Positions 51,841-64,000 of a DNA stretch of 64,000 nt are shown one piece after another. A program made the position numbers and the translations under genes. Positions within the stretch are counted from its first letter, which is position 1. Each line of letters opens with the position of its first letter. The DNA comes from Octopus sinensis (Eukaryota), in contig NC_043005.1 of the NCBI RefSeq assembly GCF_006345805.1, positions 62,434,001 through 62,498,000 of the forward strand, given 5' to 3'. Under the pieces are notes generated by a model, which did no database searches, was not told where the DNA came from, and saw only the letters and a list, made by a program, of their open reading frames with translations.

Positions 51841-52422
51841 GTATCATAGAGTTTAGGAGAGAAAGAGGGTGCAGCTATAGTCATATACAATAATATAGAA
51901 TATTAATTATATTACTCCACTTCAAAATTTGTGAGTTTGTGAGAACCCTTCTAAAACTTAAACCATATGTTGAATATACAAAATAAGTGATAAAAAAAAA
52001 GGCAGAAAACAAAGTGATTATTAAATTAAGGTGAATATTACATTTAAAGTAACTTCTTTTTGAGAATACTTTCTATATGTAAATACACACACACATATAC
52101 ACATCTATATTTACATGCATAAATTTAATATGTATGTGTGTATGTGAAATGCTAGAATAAGTAACAAATATGTACAAACATAATGAATTTTAAAAATGCA
52201 AAACATTTTACAAATAAAATCAATATATGAATATATAGGAGTTAATATATATAAATATATAAAATAAAATATATTAGAGAAATAACTATATATAATGCAA
52301 TGTATAAATGCATATCAAATTTTCGGCAAATAAGAAAACATAAAAAAAAAAAAATCTATACATTATCAGTAAGGTAAGTATATCAGAAGGAAATGATACA
52401 GAGTGTAGAGTAACTTTCTTAC

Positions 52423-52472
52423 ATTATAATTGATGCGACTCGTCTCTGGAGAAGCAAGCATGGAGTGGCAAA
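52423..52472 (-). CDS. Candidate upstream exon (ATG at 52461-52459, MLASPETSRINYN); 5' boundary uncertain
   Basis: Donor AAT/gtaaga; CpG-containing island; acceptor is weak. Confidence 0.3.
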
Positions 52473-52714
52473 CTGGTGGTTTTGGGTTTAAATAAAAACA
52501 GATGTATGTGCAAGTAGAAACAAAATGTGAAAAATTATATATATGAGTATTAAAACAGGTTGGAACTAAAAAGAGAAGTTGCTTCTCAGTCCTAGTGGGC
52601 TTGTCACTTGGAGTGTTGGTATTTGTAAGATCCAATCAACAGGAACGGTGGGAGGTGCTTCCTTTTGAAAACTATCTAAATAACATTTCACTCATCTTCA
52701 TGCACGTGTGTGAG

Positions 52715-52757
52715 AGAAAGAAAAAAAGGAAGAGATAAGGAGCAGAGTAAAAGAGAA

Positions 52758-52793
<36 letters not shown>

Positions 52794-52861
52794 GAAGATA
52801 AAAGAGAGAACAGAATCAGAGAGAAAGAGGAAAAGAATTAAAGAAAGAGAAGAAGACTGCA

Positions 52862-52898
<37 letters not shown>

Positions 52899-52908
52899 AA
52901 TGTAATAA

Positions 52909-52960
<52 letters not shown>

Positions 52961-53005
52961 AGAGTGAGAGAGAGAGAGAAAATGAAAGAGGAATGAGAGA
53001 AGAAG
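52715..53005. repeat. Long (GA)n/purine-rich tract
   Basis: Directly visible. Confidence 0.95.
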
Positions 53006-53021
53006 ACTAAGCGAGAGCTAC

Positions 53022-53110
53022 CTGGAATACGCAACTACACGCTTCCTTACTACTTTCAGTTGCTGGCTGATTAAGAGGAAGGAAATTACAAGACTTCTGT
53101 GATGCCGTTC
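53022..53110 (-). promoter_or_regulatory. Possible first exon / TSS region
   Basis: Small CpG cluster (GCGAGAGC, TACGCAAC, CACGCTTCC, GCCGTT) ending in donor CAG/gtagct, followed on the minus strand by the CT-rich tract. Confidence 0.3.
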
Positions 53111-53569
53111 TTATTGTTAATGTTGTTCTAATCGTGGTGTTTTGATTTGTTTGGATTTTATGTCACACTTTGTTAATGGTATCGTGAAATAGTCTAAATG
53201 ACTGGATTTAGTAGTTTAATAACTGTTTATATTATTTATGATTATATCTCTGTAGAAAGCTAAACACTGCCATCTCTGCCTCTTCAAAGAACAACAAAAT
53301 TGAGGAAAATAGGATATGAAAGAACTGTAAATTGAAAAGAATTTTTTTTTTATATCACGGACTTATAAAAGAATATGCACATATGTACATAAGATACATA
53401 AATTCACATGCATTGGTTCTATGCTTTGATAATCAACTGCTGCACGAACTTCTATTAACGCTCACACATTCACACACATTTTACACACAAATATAATGCA
53501 TACAAACAAAATATCAATTGTGGTAAAAATATATAAACAATGAGAAATAAAACCCGGTAAATTTATATT

Positions 53570-53760
53570 ACTTATGTATGTATGTATGTATGTATGCATG
53601 TGTAAATGTAGATATATTCATATATGTGCATAAATATGCATACATATGCACTCACACACTTACATGCATAAACACATATAATATATGAGTGTGTGTGTAT
53701 ATATATTAATATATATTTATATTTATATATATATATGTGTATATGTATATATATATATAT

Positions 53761-53796
<36 letters not shown>

Positions 53797-54250
53797 CATA
53801 CACACACACAGATACATATATTTTCCTTTAAGGACACTGTAAAAAATTCAGTTAGCATTATGAATAGCTTATATTATTTAATAGTAGGTAGCGGATAGCA
53901 ATAGTTTTAATATATGACTGAGAATAGCATCTATTGACTATATTCAATATCGGAAATTTCACTTTAGTTTAGTAGCCACTGCACTTTCATACATGCGTGT
54001 GTATATATGTATATATATGTATATATATATATGCATATCTTTATACACATGCATATATGCATACATATCCATACACATATGTAGAAACACATAAATGTTC
54101 ATACATATATATATACACATATTTATATAAAAATACATATGTATGTATATATTCAATTACATATGCATACATGCGCACACACACTCACATATAAACACAC
54201 ACACATATATACATGTATGCATATACATACTCACATATATCTCTCTGCAT
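53570..54250. repeat. Degenerate (TA)/(CA)/(TG) microsatellite field
   Basis: Directly visible. Confidence 0.85.
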
Positions 54251-57200
54251 AAATATATTTGTGAGAGAGAGAGAGAGAGTGTGTATAAACTCACACACAT
54301 ATGAAAGAAAGAGAAGGGGAGGGAAATGGAAAGCAAAAAAATGAAAGAATTAAAAAAACAACATCTAATGTGTCCTGCTTTTCACTTCATAAGTTTTTTG
54401 AGAGAAATTACTTTTTTTTTTATTCATGTCTTCTTTATCTCATTTTGCCTCTGTTTCATTCCTCTCTTTTTTTCCCTTGTCTTATTTCTGATCTCTGTCC
54501 TCCTTATTTCTTTTCTTCTTTTAAATTCCTTTACTTATTTTCTTCTGTTGCTTGTGTTCTCTTACTTTATCTTGTCCTCTTATTATTTCATTCTTTTCCT
54601 CATTCATTTCTTTCGTCTTGTTCCTGCCTACTGGAGGTGTAGAATCATTTATTGTGTCTATCTGTAAATCTATCTGGAGTCTCTTTATCTCTGGCTCTCT
54701 GTGTTCATCAGTGCAGACAACAGAAGAAAATAGAAAACATCAGCCTCTCTTTCTTTTGAAATAGCAGAATGCTTGACAGTATTTCATTTCATACTTGTTG
54801 AATAAAGTTCAAAGTGATGATTGAAACAAATCTGAAGAAAGGGTCTCTACCTTTCAGACTGTAGTCGACAACTTTAAATGTCTTATCAGACTTTTTCTCT
54901 TCTCCTCAATGGACTGTAAAGTTTATGCAGAATGAGACTCCAGTTTTATCTATTTTAAATCATGGATACAATTTATCACACTGAAAGCTTATAGCTTTTA
55001 TCATAGTAAAAGCTATATGGTCTAAACATCGCAACTCATCTTCCTAAAAATATCAGCTTCCATTCTATGTATTAGAAATAATGAAGGTTTCATACATTGG
55101 CACAAAGTTCATGCATTTTAGGGGAGAAATGAGGTCAACTAAACTGACCAAAATACTTGACTGAAGTAATGCTTATTATTATTATGATTGTTGTATTAAA
55201 AGAAAGTTAACAGGGTTCATTTAGCATTTTTTTTTTAAATGGGGTGATGAAATAAAGTACAATACTATATGAAATAAAGTACAATATATAGTGTTGGATT
55301 CAACTATTAAAATTGAATTATTTTTGTGCTCAATGAAAGTAAATTATGACTTTTGGTAAGATGCCTTTTTATCTAGTTTGGTTACTTGAATTTGCTTAAA
55401 TCCAACTGTCTATAACTTATCTTTTTATTAGTTCAAGGCTGGGTGGATGTTACTCAATTATTGCTAATATACTCAAGCTCTTTAAATTTAGCACTTAACT
55501 CCTTCTTTTTCAAAAAGGATGATTAAAAAAAGTTAAGTTTTAGGATCCATATAAACTCATTCCGGTTGTTATGGTCAGTGACTGCTGATTTTTTTTTACT
55601 GTATAAGATTTAAGCTGGTAATTTAAGCTTTAATAATTAATTAGTAATTATTGTTTTCATAATTTGATAAAAACTATCAAGAATCAACTGGAAAAAGATT
55701 TAAAGTATTTAGTGCTGTACCTCAATGCTTTGAGTTAAAATCCCGCTGGATTTGGCTTTTCTATATTTCTGTAGTCAATAAAATTAAAAACAAGTGATGT
55801 ACTGGTACTGTGTCAAACCACTTTACATATTTCCAACAAATATTTGCTGTATGTTAATTATGAATTAAAAATTATTCAGAATTATGTAGTTTATATAACA
55901 GCATTGTAATTAAGTAGTGTTTAAGTCTTGTTGGTACTGCAGTGGGTGTAACAGAACTCTGCTAAATCATACATGTCATAAGATATGTTAAAATATAATT
56001 AAAGAAAAAGAATATTATTTTAGAACCAGTATAGTCTACCAATTGATTTATGGGATTGCATCTATAAGACATGGAATCAAATTTAAACTTGTAACTAAAT
56101 AAAGACAAGTTTTCATCATTAACAAAATAATACTAATACTCAAATTTATTTTTAACATGCCATTATGTTTACACTCATTGAAATCATCTTCATTATTGTT
56201 GCTATTTTTCATCACAAACATCATTATGGTGACAAATCTCTGACTTTATCTCTTCAGCTTGATCTGATACAGCAGACAGTATGCTAATTATCTGCAAGAC
56301 TGGGCCTTTACAATTAGTAAAATTTGTTATCAAGGCATCTTAATTAACATCACAGATGTAGCTAGTGATACCTCAATGGATAATGACAATAGTTAACATC
56401 TTTTCAGGTGATAAAAGTATTTATTGTGTGCTTATATTCATTCGCAGGCATATGTATGTATGTGTGTGACTGTATATGTGTCTGTGTTTCAAATATAAGT
56501 CTGCTTAACAGAGAAATGGAAGTAAAGGACTATCATACAGTACAAAGTAAAAAGAACATTTGATAAACAGAGTATTAAAATTCTGTAGCTTTCAAAATCA
56601 TTAATTAGATAATCATTAATAAAAAGAAAATGAAATGTTAAAAATTATGAACATGATATAAATCTACTTTGAAAAATTTGTCATCATTTTAACTTTCAAG
56701 TTTCCATGCTTACAAGTATTGGGTAAAAATTTTTGAGGTTGATTTTCTATGGCTGTATGCTCTTGTTGCCAACACTCATCTGTTTCCCCTGTTCTTTCAA
56801 GTAGCAGACCAGCCAGATTTTTTTTTATAGAAGGATACAAACAAACAACACTGTTTGTAATAACAATGGTGATGTTTGTTTACAATATCATGCAAGATCC
56901 AGACAAAGTTGGACACATGTGTGCACACACACACACACACACAAATGCACATGTCTAATATGTATCAAATGGGATTAAATCCAAGACTTTGTAGTTGCAA
57001 AGAGAACTTCATAATTGCACAGCCATACCTGTACATATTATGCATGTGAGTGTGTGAGTGTGTGCATGCATGTATGCACATACACACACATGCATATATA
57101 GGCACAGGAATGGGTGTAGGGTTAAGAAGTTTCTTAACCATATGGCTTCAAGTTAAGCCACACAGTATGTCTCCTTGAGCAAGTGACATCTACTATAGCT

Positions 57201-57929
57201 CTAAGCCAGCCAAGCCTTATGAGTGAATTTGATGAATGGAAACAATAAGAAACCTACTGCATACATGTATATATCACTTGTCTGACTTTTTGCCATCACA
57301 GATGTTATTATTAAGAGATACCCTGAGAAAAATCTAAGTGTTAGCAACAAGAAGAGCCTTTACAATACAAAGATAAATGCCTCAATAATATATTTAACTA
57401 ATCTATGTAGGCATAGAAAGATGAACATAAAATAAATGAACAATATATCTGAATCAACTGGAATCCACAGTAAGTACTCCAGCCGAGGAACTGGCTATCA
57501 GGTCACAGTGGTGAGGCCTTCAGAAATTACTCTGGAGTTTGGTCTGAAGAATTATATTCTCTCTTCTGTATAATATTGTGTGACTATATGAATGAATTAT
57601 TCTGTATACATATATATACATATGTGTATGTATGTGTCTGCATTGAAGTTGATGGTGTAGATTTTGAAAGAGCTGTAAACTTGAAGGATAAATTAAAATT
57701 CTTTGCTGCTTACATTTTGAGTTTTTGCTCAGGTACTTTCCCCATTCCCTTATATAAATGCAACATAGTCATGTACCTTCTCTGTAGCACAACACCTTTG
57801 CTTGTCCTTACTATAAAATCTCCTCTCCACCCTCTCAAATATTCCCTCACTTAGTGAAGGAGGCTCTTTTGCTTTTCCACCTGCCTTGAATGTTACTTGA
57901 CAAACTCACAAATGCTGATGACATAGGAA

Positions 57930-58080
57930 AAAAGCACTCATTACACACTGTAAAGTGGTTGTTGTTAGGAAGGATATCCAGCAGAAGAATCCATGCCAAA
58001 GCTGATAAGGATCATGATGCAGCCCTGTGGCCAAATGGATCCTGTCAAAACATTTAAGTCAAGCCAAAATGAAAAACAAA
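57930..58080 (+). mobile_element. Family C (RTE-tail) element, diverged
   Basis: AAGCACTCATTACAC..TGTAAAGTGGTTGTTGTTAGGAAGGATATCCAGCAGAAGAATCCATGCC. Confidence 0.65.
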
Positions 58081-58089
58081 TGACAGCAG

Positions 58090-58500
58090 AGGCGTAGGAG
58101 TGGCTGTGAGGTAAGCAGCTTGCTTACGAACCACATGGTTCCGGGTTCGGTCTCACTGCATGGCAAATTGAGCAAGTGTCTTCTACTAAAGCCTTGGGCC
58201 GACCAAAGCCTTGTGAGTGGATTTGGTAGACAGAAACTGAAAGAAGCCCGTCGTATATATGTATGTGTGTGTATAAGTTTGTGTCTTTGTTTGTCCTCCC
58301 AACATCACTTGACAACCGATGCTGGTGTATTTACGTCCCTGTAACTTAGCGGTTCGGCAAAAGAGATCGATAGGATAAATACTAGGCTTACAAAGAATAA
58401 GTCCTGGGGTCGATTTGCTCGACTAAAAGTGGTGCTCCAGCATGGCCACAGTCACATGACTGAAACAAGTAAAAAGTAAAAAGTAAGTAAAAAGTAAAGT
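58090..58500 (+). mobile_element. Full-length SINE family A
   Basis: Colinear with 15676-16092; (AAAAAGT)n tail. Confidence 0.92.
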
Positions 58501-58591
58501 AAGGGTATCTAAGAGATACGACCATGCTAGATATAGCAGTCAAAGTTTTGGCTGCTATATCCAGCATGGTGGTATCTCTTAGATACCCTTA
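58500..58591. repeat. Near-perfect 90-bp palindrome (41 of 44 arm positions complementary), possible Kolobok-type MITE
   Basis: Arms 58501-44 / 58547-90; flanks GTAA-GGG..CCC-TTAA. Confidence 0.85.
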
Positions 58592-58607
58592 ATTATAATT
58601 ATATATA

Positions 58608-58645
<38 letters not shown>

Positions 58646-59185
58646 ATGTATGTATGTATATATATATATGTGTGTGTGTGTATATATATGAAATTTTGAA
58701 TTAAAAGCAGCTCTAATAATGTAAACATTATATGTTACACATACGTAGTGTATGTGTTTTCTTTACATGCTAATTTGCTGCAGGATAGCATCCTAAGAAA
58801 ATTCTTACATGATGCTGGGTGTTAAAGAACACAGAATGTCTGAGACCAGCTTTTAATTCGAAATTTAATTTTGTTTTACTTGTGCTACACCATAGCACAT
58901 CAGCAAACAGACTTTACACTATTTGCGTATATGTCTTATTTCATATATGTCTCAGTGATTCATTTCGTTTTGGGGCGTTTAAGTATCTGATACTGAAGAG
59001 CTAAAACAACAGTGAAATATCAATATCTATTGTTCTAGTTCACTGCAGGCCATGTTGTCTCACTTGGTCTGAGACATTTAATGTTCTTTAATGCTTGGCA
59101 TTGTGTAGGAATTTTTCCCTGGATGCTATCCCACAGCAAAATGGCATATAAATAAAACACATACACTATGCATGAACAACCAATA

Positions 59186-59263
<78 letters not shown>

Positions 59264-59387
59264 CTACACACACACACATGAATAAGAGGACAAATGAAAG
59301 AAAACGGCATTCAATACATTTAGTAGGCATTACAAGTATTACTTAAAACTGGTTTATTTGGTTCCATGTGACAAATTTTCACAGGAC

Positions 59388-59462
59388 TCTAACCTGTCTC
59401 TTTCAGGCTTTAGATCACTGATTTAGTAATCTAAAGCCTGAAGGAGATGAGCTTTTGTTAGA
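59388..59462. other. Pre-miRNA-like hairpin
   Basis: 19-bp arms 59397-415 / 59429-447 (one G-U on the plus strand), 13-nt loop, lower stem TCTAAC/GTTAGA. Confidence 0.45.
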
Positions 59463-60589
59463 AGCCTGGGAAACTTTAAGTCACATGGAACTGAATCAAA
59501 CTGTTTTAAATAATATGAGTGAGTGTATAATATATGTTTGTGTGAGTGTAAGTATGAATATGTGCGTATGTGTATTGTGAAAGTGGTGAACACTAAAAAG
59601 GTAGGTATCAAAGGAGGGACAGGTTCTCACAAATGCTTTGGTTTTATGCTCATAAAAAAGAAAAAAGTCTTGATCCTTTGGATGTGATTCCTTCATCAGA
59701 AGAAAATTATATAGAAATGAAAGATATAATGTAGTTAGAGAAGAAAAAATAGCAAAACAGTTAGTAGCCAGGTAGCAATGTGGTTTATACGTATATAGGG
59801 CATATGTTTAAATACTGTATGTCTAAGTAAACACTTTTATTATTTATTGATGATCGCCTAAATTTGGGGAATAGGTGACAAATACATTTGGAATGTTACC
59901 TTCAGTTGATTGGTGTCTTATCAAGGTTATCTCACATAGACTTAAACTCATTGAATCTGGAACTAATTAGGAGATATTATAGTGTTAACATAAATCATGA
60001 AATATTGTCCATTGACTTCTAATATATTTCATTAGAAGTTGAAGATCATTTATTCTATCAAGGTGATAAAATTAGTTTGGTGGTGAGGTAATTTATAAAA
60101 AAAATATACCAAGACATCAGTACTTAGCAAATAAGTTGTTTGCTGATTTCTATAAACAAGAGCCACTACTCTCATTTATATTAACTGATCCAGGGTAGCA
60201 TTAACTGAAAAGACACACAATGAGGTTGAAATACCACAGTGTTTCCAAGTCCTCTTATGTCAATGAATCACATGTGATACGAACCCACATTGCCTAAAGG
60301 GAGGAACTGTTCTCCAAAGATAAAATACCACAATTATCAGCATATTCATGTTTGAATCTATCAGAACATATTTACAAGGAGTGGATATGTTATTGTTTAG
60401 CTTCTTTCTGTTTTGCACACAACCAGTGAATTAGTATAACTGAGACACCAACAAAATGATGCATGCATAAGGAGAATAAAACTGTTGTATTGTGGTGATG
60501 AAACATGGGTAGAGAGCACATAAATCCTGCAGTTGCAGGTTTTGTATAAAACCATTCAATGTGTGATGTACTGATTTGTTACAAAGAGC

Positions 60590-60757
60590 TCTGCTTTCCA
60601 ACCACATGGTTCCAGATTCAGTCCCACTGTGTGGCGCCTTAGGCAACTGTCTTCAACTATAGCTCCAGGCAGATCAAAGCCATAGGGATTGATTTGGTAG
60701 ATGAAAACTGAAAGAAATTTATGATAAACATACATACACACACACACACACACACAA

Positions 60758-60788
<31 letters not shown>

Positions 60789-60900
60789 CATGTGACCCAG
60801 AGTCCAATGCCTGAAACAAGTAAAAAAGATAAAATGGTACATACATAGTTGCAGGCATGGTTATATGGTTAACAAGTTTGCTTTGCAACCACATGGTTCC
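60590..60900 (+). mobile_element. Internally deleted SINE A followed by a second SINE A head
   Basis: CCAACCACATGGTTCCAGATTCAGTCCCACTG..GAAACAAGTAAAAAAG, then GCAGGCATGG..AACCACATGGTTCC. Confidence 0.75.
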
Positions 60901-61039
60901 CATAGTATGATACTTTAAGATAAATGTTTTATACACTAGCTCTAAAAGATGACCAATATTGTTACAGAGGATTTTGTTGGACAAAAGCTATGTATAAACC
61001 TGTCTGATTGCTAAATCCACAAGTTTTTTTTTATTTGCT

Positions 61040-61190
61040 CTCTGTTTATTTCCTTGTGTTCCTTTCTGTTGAGGAGCGTAGGCTCAAAATGTAAAAAACT
61101 TTCTCAGCTTCCCAAGCATCAAACTAATACACCTGCTTGTTGTTTATACACCTGTCTTTGTCTTTTGTTTTTCTGTAAATTTCAACTATA
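61040..61190 (+). mobile_element. Short element with decayed hammerhead-like motif (Penelope-like)
   Basis: CTGTTGAG-GAGC-GTAG-GCTC-AAAA-TGT-A at 61066-61093; downstream TTCCCAAGCATC..CTAATAC parallels the 30053 family. Confidence 0.4.
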
Positions 61191-61269
61191 TGCATGTGTA
61201 TGAGTGTGTGTATGTGTGAATGTACTTGTATATATATATATATATATATATACATACATACATATATAT

Positions 61270-61419
61270 GCCACAGAGATAGCACCCAGTACACTCTCTA
61301 AGGTGAGTGACATTAAGAACATCCTACCATAGAAACCATGCCAAAACAAACAGCTCCTGTAAAATGTCCAACCCATGCCAGCATGGAAAATTAATGCTAG
61401 ATGATGATGACAATGATGA

Positions 61420-61420
<1 letters not shown>
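61270..61420 (+). mobile_element. Family C (RTE-tail) element, diverged
   Basis: TAGAAACCATGCCAAA..TCCAACCCATGCCAGCATGGAAAA..GATGATGATGAC. Confidence 0.65.
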
Positions 61421-61458
<38 letters not shown>

Positions 61459-62174
61459 TCAGCATCAGTGAAAGAAACATCAATAAGAGAGAAAGAGAAA
61501 AATGCTTCCTTGGAGCAAAAATACTCTGTATGTGTATGTGGGGATGGGGAAGGGTGTTTGTTTCTCAATGAGTAATCCAACCAATTTCTTAACACTCACC
61601 CTCAGCAATGTCATGAATCAATGATTGTTCTTTTTTTTTTTTTTTCAGTTGAAAAAACTTGTAACCAATGATGCTATTGTTCATTAACTGAGATGAAAAA
61701 AATACAAACGAAATAAATAAGGACTGCATCGAAAATGTTACCTCTAACAGAACATATGATGAAAAGCCAAAAAGATTCAAATTATACTGCATTGCAAACT
61801 TATCCAACATATTGCACATTGATAAAAACGGGATATTAAAACATTAATGATAAGAGCTTTGATGACAGTGAATGCTAATCAAAAGATTATGTTAGCCTTA
61901 TTTTCATTTCACAGCTCTAGATATTTTAATTCAGTTATAATGCAATAGCCTTAATAAAGGCAAGAGCATCATCATTCTATTTTGTTTCTTCTTTCTTTAA
62001 GTCAACACAACTGACCACTGGTTGATGGATATTACTGATTAAGAAAGTTCATGCAATAAACTATTTATCACACCAGCGCAAGAGGATAAATAAATATTCA
62101 TAAGTGAATAGCTTATATATGTAGGCATAGTGCATTCACATACAAAGGGAGCAAGAAAAGAAAGAATATAAATG

Positions 62175-62195
62175 TATATAAACATAATCCCACAT

Positions 62196-62273
<78 letters not shown>

Positions 62274-62465
62274 GTATATATATATATATATATGTATGTA
62301 TATATATGTATATATATATGTATATATGTATATATATATAAGTATGTATATATATGTATATATATGTATGTATATATATGTATATATATGTATGCATATA
62401 TATATATATGTATATATATATATGTACGTATGTGTATATATATGTATATATTGTATATATATATG

Positions 62466-62499
<34 letters not shown>

Positions 62500-62605
62500 T
62501 ACATTCATATATATACACATAAATACACACATGCACACACACACATATATATATATATATATACATACAAATACATACAGAAACACACAAACACACACAC
62601 ACATT
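62175..62605. repeat. Compound (TA)n/(TATG)n/(CA)n microsatellite, about 430 bp
   Basis: Directly visible; source of the 187-aa and 163-aa CIYIY-type ORFs. Confidence 0.95.
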
Positions 62606-64000
62606 TAATATTGCCTAAGAATCTTGAACTGCCATAGAAAATATGCTTATGATTTAGTTTTCTCACATAAGATCATAGAATGAAGTCTCCTCAGTAAGAA
62701 TAATCTTGCTTAATATTGAATATAAGCTGGTCATAATGATATTGCTATATCTGTAGATGATATATTGAGTTTATTAGGTAATAATTTATTATTTCATTTA
62801 GGTATTAAAGCAGCTGTAGGTTTTACTTGGTCAAGATGAATCATAAAGGAAACCTCTGTATAGTCACTTGACCAACTAGAAATAACAACACAATCCCCTT
62901 TAAAATCACATCCACTGTTTAAAAGAAAAGAAAAAATACATTGGCTAAAGTAGTCTTGGAGACACTCAGAAGCATAGACGGAATGTTCACAGCTGAAATG
63001 CTTTTGAACATAGATTTGCTGGATCAGGGCTGACCTGAGGCAAAACAGCAACAGCAGTAAAAGCAAGAACAGCTGCAAAGGCAACAACAGCAACAACTTG
63101 ATTAAGATGCAGCATTTATGTTAACATTTAAAAAGATACATTGGTTCTTGATTAGAAGTATGGTTTACAGCACAATTGATGATACAGAATGTTATTATAA
63201 GAATATTAATGATGATGATGATGATGATGATAATGATGGTGATGATCAGGATATGGTGTTAAAGGGAAGTTGAAATAGAATATAGAGATCTAACATGTAA
63301 TCTTACCCCATGCATGAACTACTTCACAAATACTACAGCAACGGCTTCCTATTGGTATGGATACACAGTGTGGCAGAACATTATAATCTGTTTCATGAAA
63401 TAGATGCCATATGTTTAAGTGACAAGGATGTGTCTTTATAAATAGTGCAGAAAGTCAGAAACCGATAAAAATAGCATAAAAAATATAATTAGGAAAACCA
63501 CTCTTGATCTAAACTCTCTACATTAAATATATCTAATATCAAAAGTCATCATTCAAGGTCTATCTAAATCTCATTTTCTATTTTGAAGTAGTGACTGTCA
63601 TATTGTCATTTTAGGCTATGTTAGAATGGCAAGCAGCATTTACACCAACCCTATCAATCAAAATGTCCTTCACCATATTAAACATCTGCTTTACTGTGGT
63701 TTTAGATTAGATTTAAAGTGATATATTATTACCAATGCTGTTGTTGTTACAATAAACAACATACAGCAATAAAAAGCGAATACTTTGATGGTTCTCAAAG
63801 GGTAAGAAATACTTGATATACCTAAACATCATACAGGATGTTTAAGTACATCAAAAAATATCTTTTAGGGAAATTTAATAAGAAATAAATAAATTTTAAA
63901 TACATTTAATATATCCTTAGTACCTTCATTTTGTTGTGACAAGGTTACACAAGTCAGATTCTGGTGCATGTGCCACTGCAGAATGATGTTGCATTCATCA

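Noticed and set aside
57436-57573. 45-aa plus-strand ORF MNNISESTGIHSKYSSRGTGYQVTVVRPSEITLEFGLKNYILSSV
   Set aside because: Short, no recognised homology and no supporting splice or promoter evidence
62039-62637. ORFs of up to 187 aa rich in C/I/Y/V/M/T/H (also near 36.2, 3.0, 4.1, 39.4, 42.8 and 53.6 kb)
   Set aside because: They are translations of (TA)n/(TG)n/(CA)n microsatellites, which lack stops in several frames
62794-63096. 100-aa minus-strand ORF with a signal-peptide-like start and several Cys
   Set aside because: The Leu run comes from a (GTT/GCT)n microsatellite, and the next part (CCCTGATCCAGCAAATCTATG) recurs at about 14680, so it is a repeat. A good acceptor at about 62915 leaves a weak exon possibility

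Overview
AT-rich, repeat-saturated animal genomic DNA, most consistent with Octopus (inference from the SINE families, very dense (TA)n/(CA)n/(TATG)n tracts and the LINE/DNA-transposon mix; not database-checked). No host protein-coding gene can be named. Almost all track ORFs are microsatellite translations. The only long genuine ORF (28563-29798) is the reverse transcriptase of a 5'-truncated, young-looking CR1/L2-group LINE. The rest is tRNA-derived SINEs (my labels: A, B, D) and RTE-tail elements (label C), decayed RTE and L2/CR1 LINEs, Tc1, mariner and pogo-like transposon relics, and hAT- and piggyBac-like MITEs. A few minus-strand exon candidates (about 53.0, 52.4, 51.2, 49.4 and 32.9 kb) may belong to an unidentified gene. 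Best finding: a type I hammerhead ribozyme fold with an intact core at 10601-10661, overlapped by a perfect 16-bp inverted repeat that offers an inactive alternative fold. Three decayed hammerhead-like motifs lie in short, probably Penelope-derived, elements. Other findings: an RTE-like 5' leader with an HDV-ribozyme-like motif order, a perfect 150-bp palindrome, a 90-bp palindrome with Kolobok-like ends, and a pre-miRNA-like hairpin. All alignments, folds and translations were done by eye; element boundaries are approximate unless stated.
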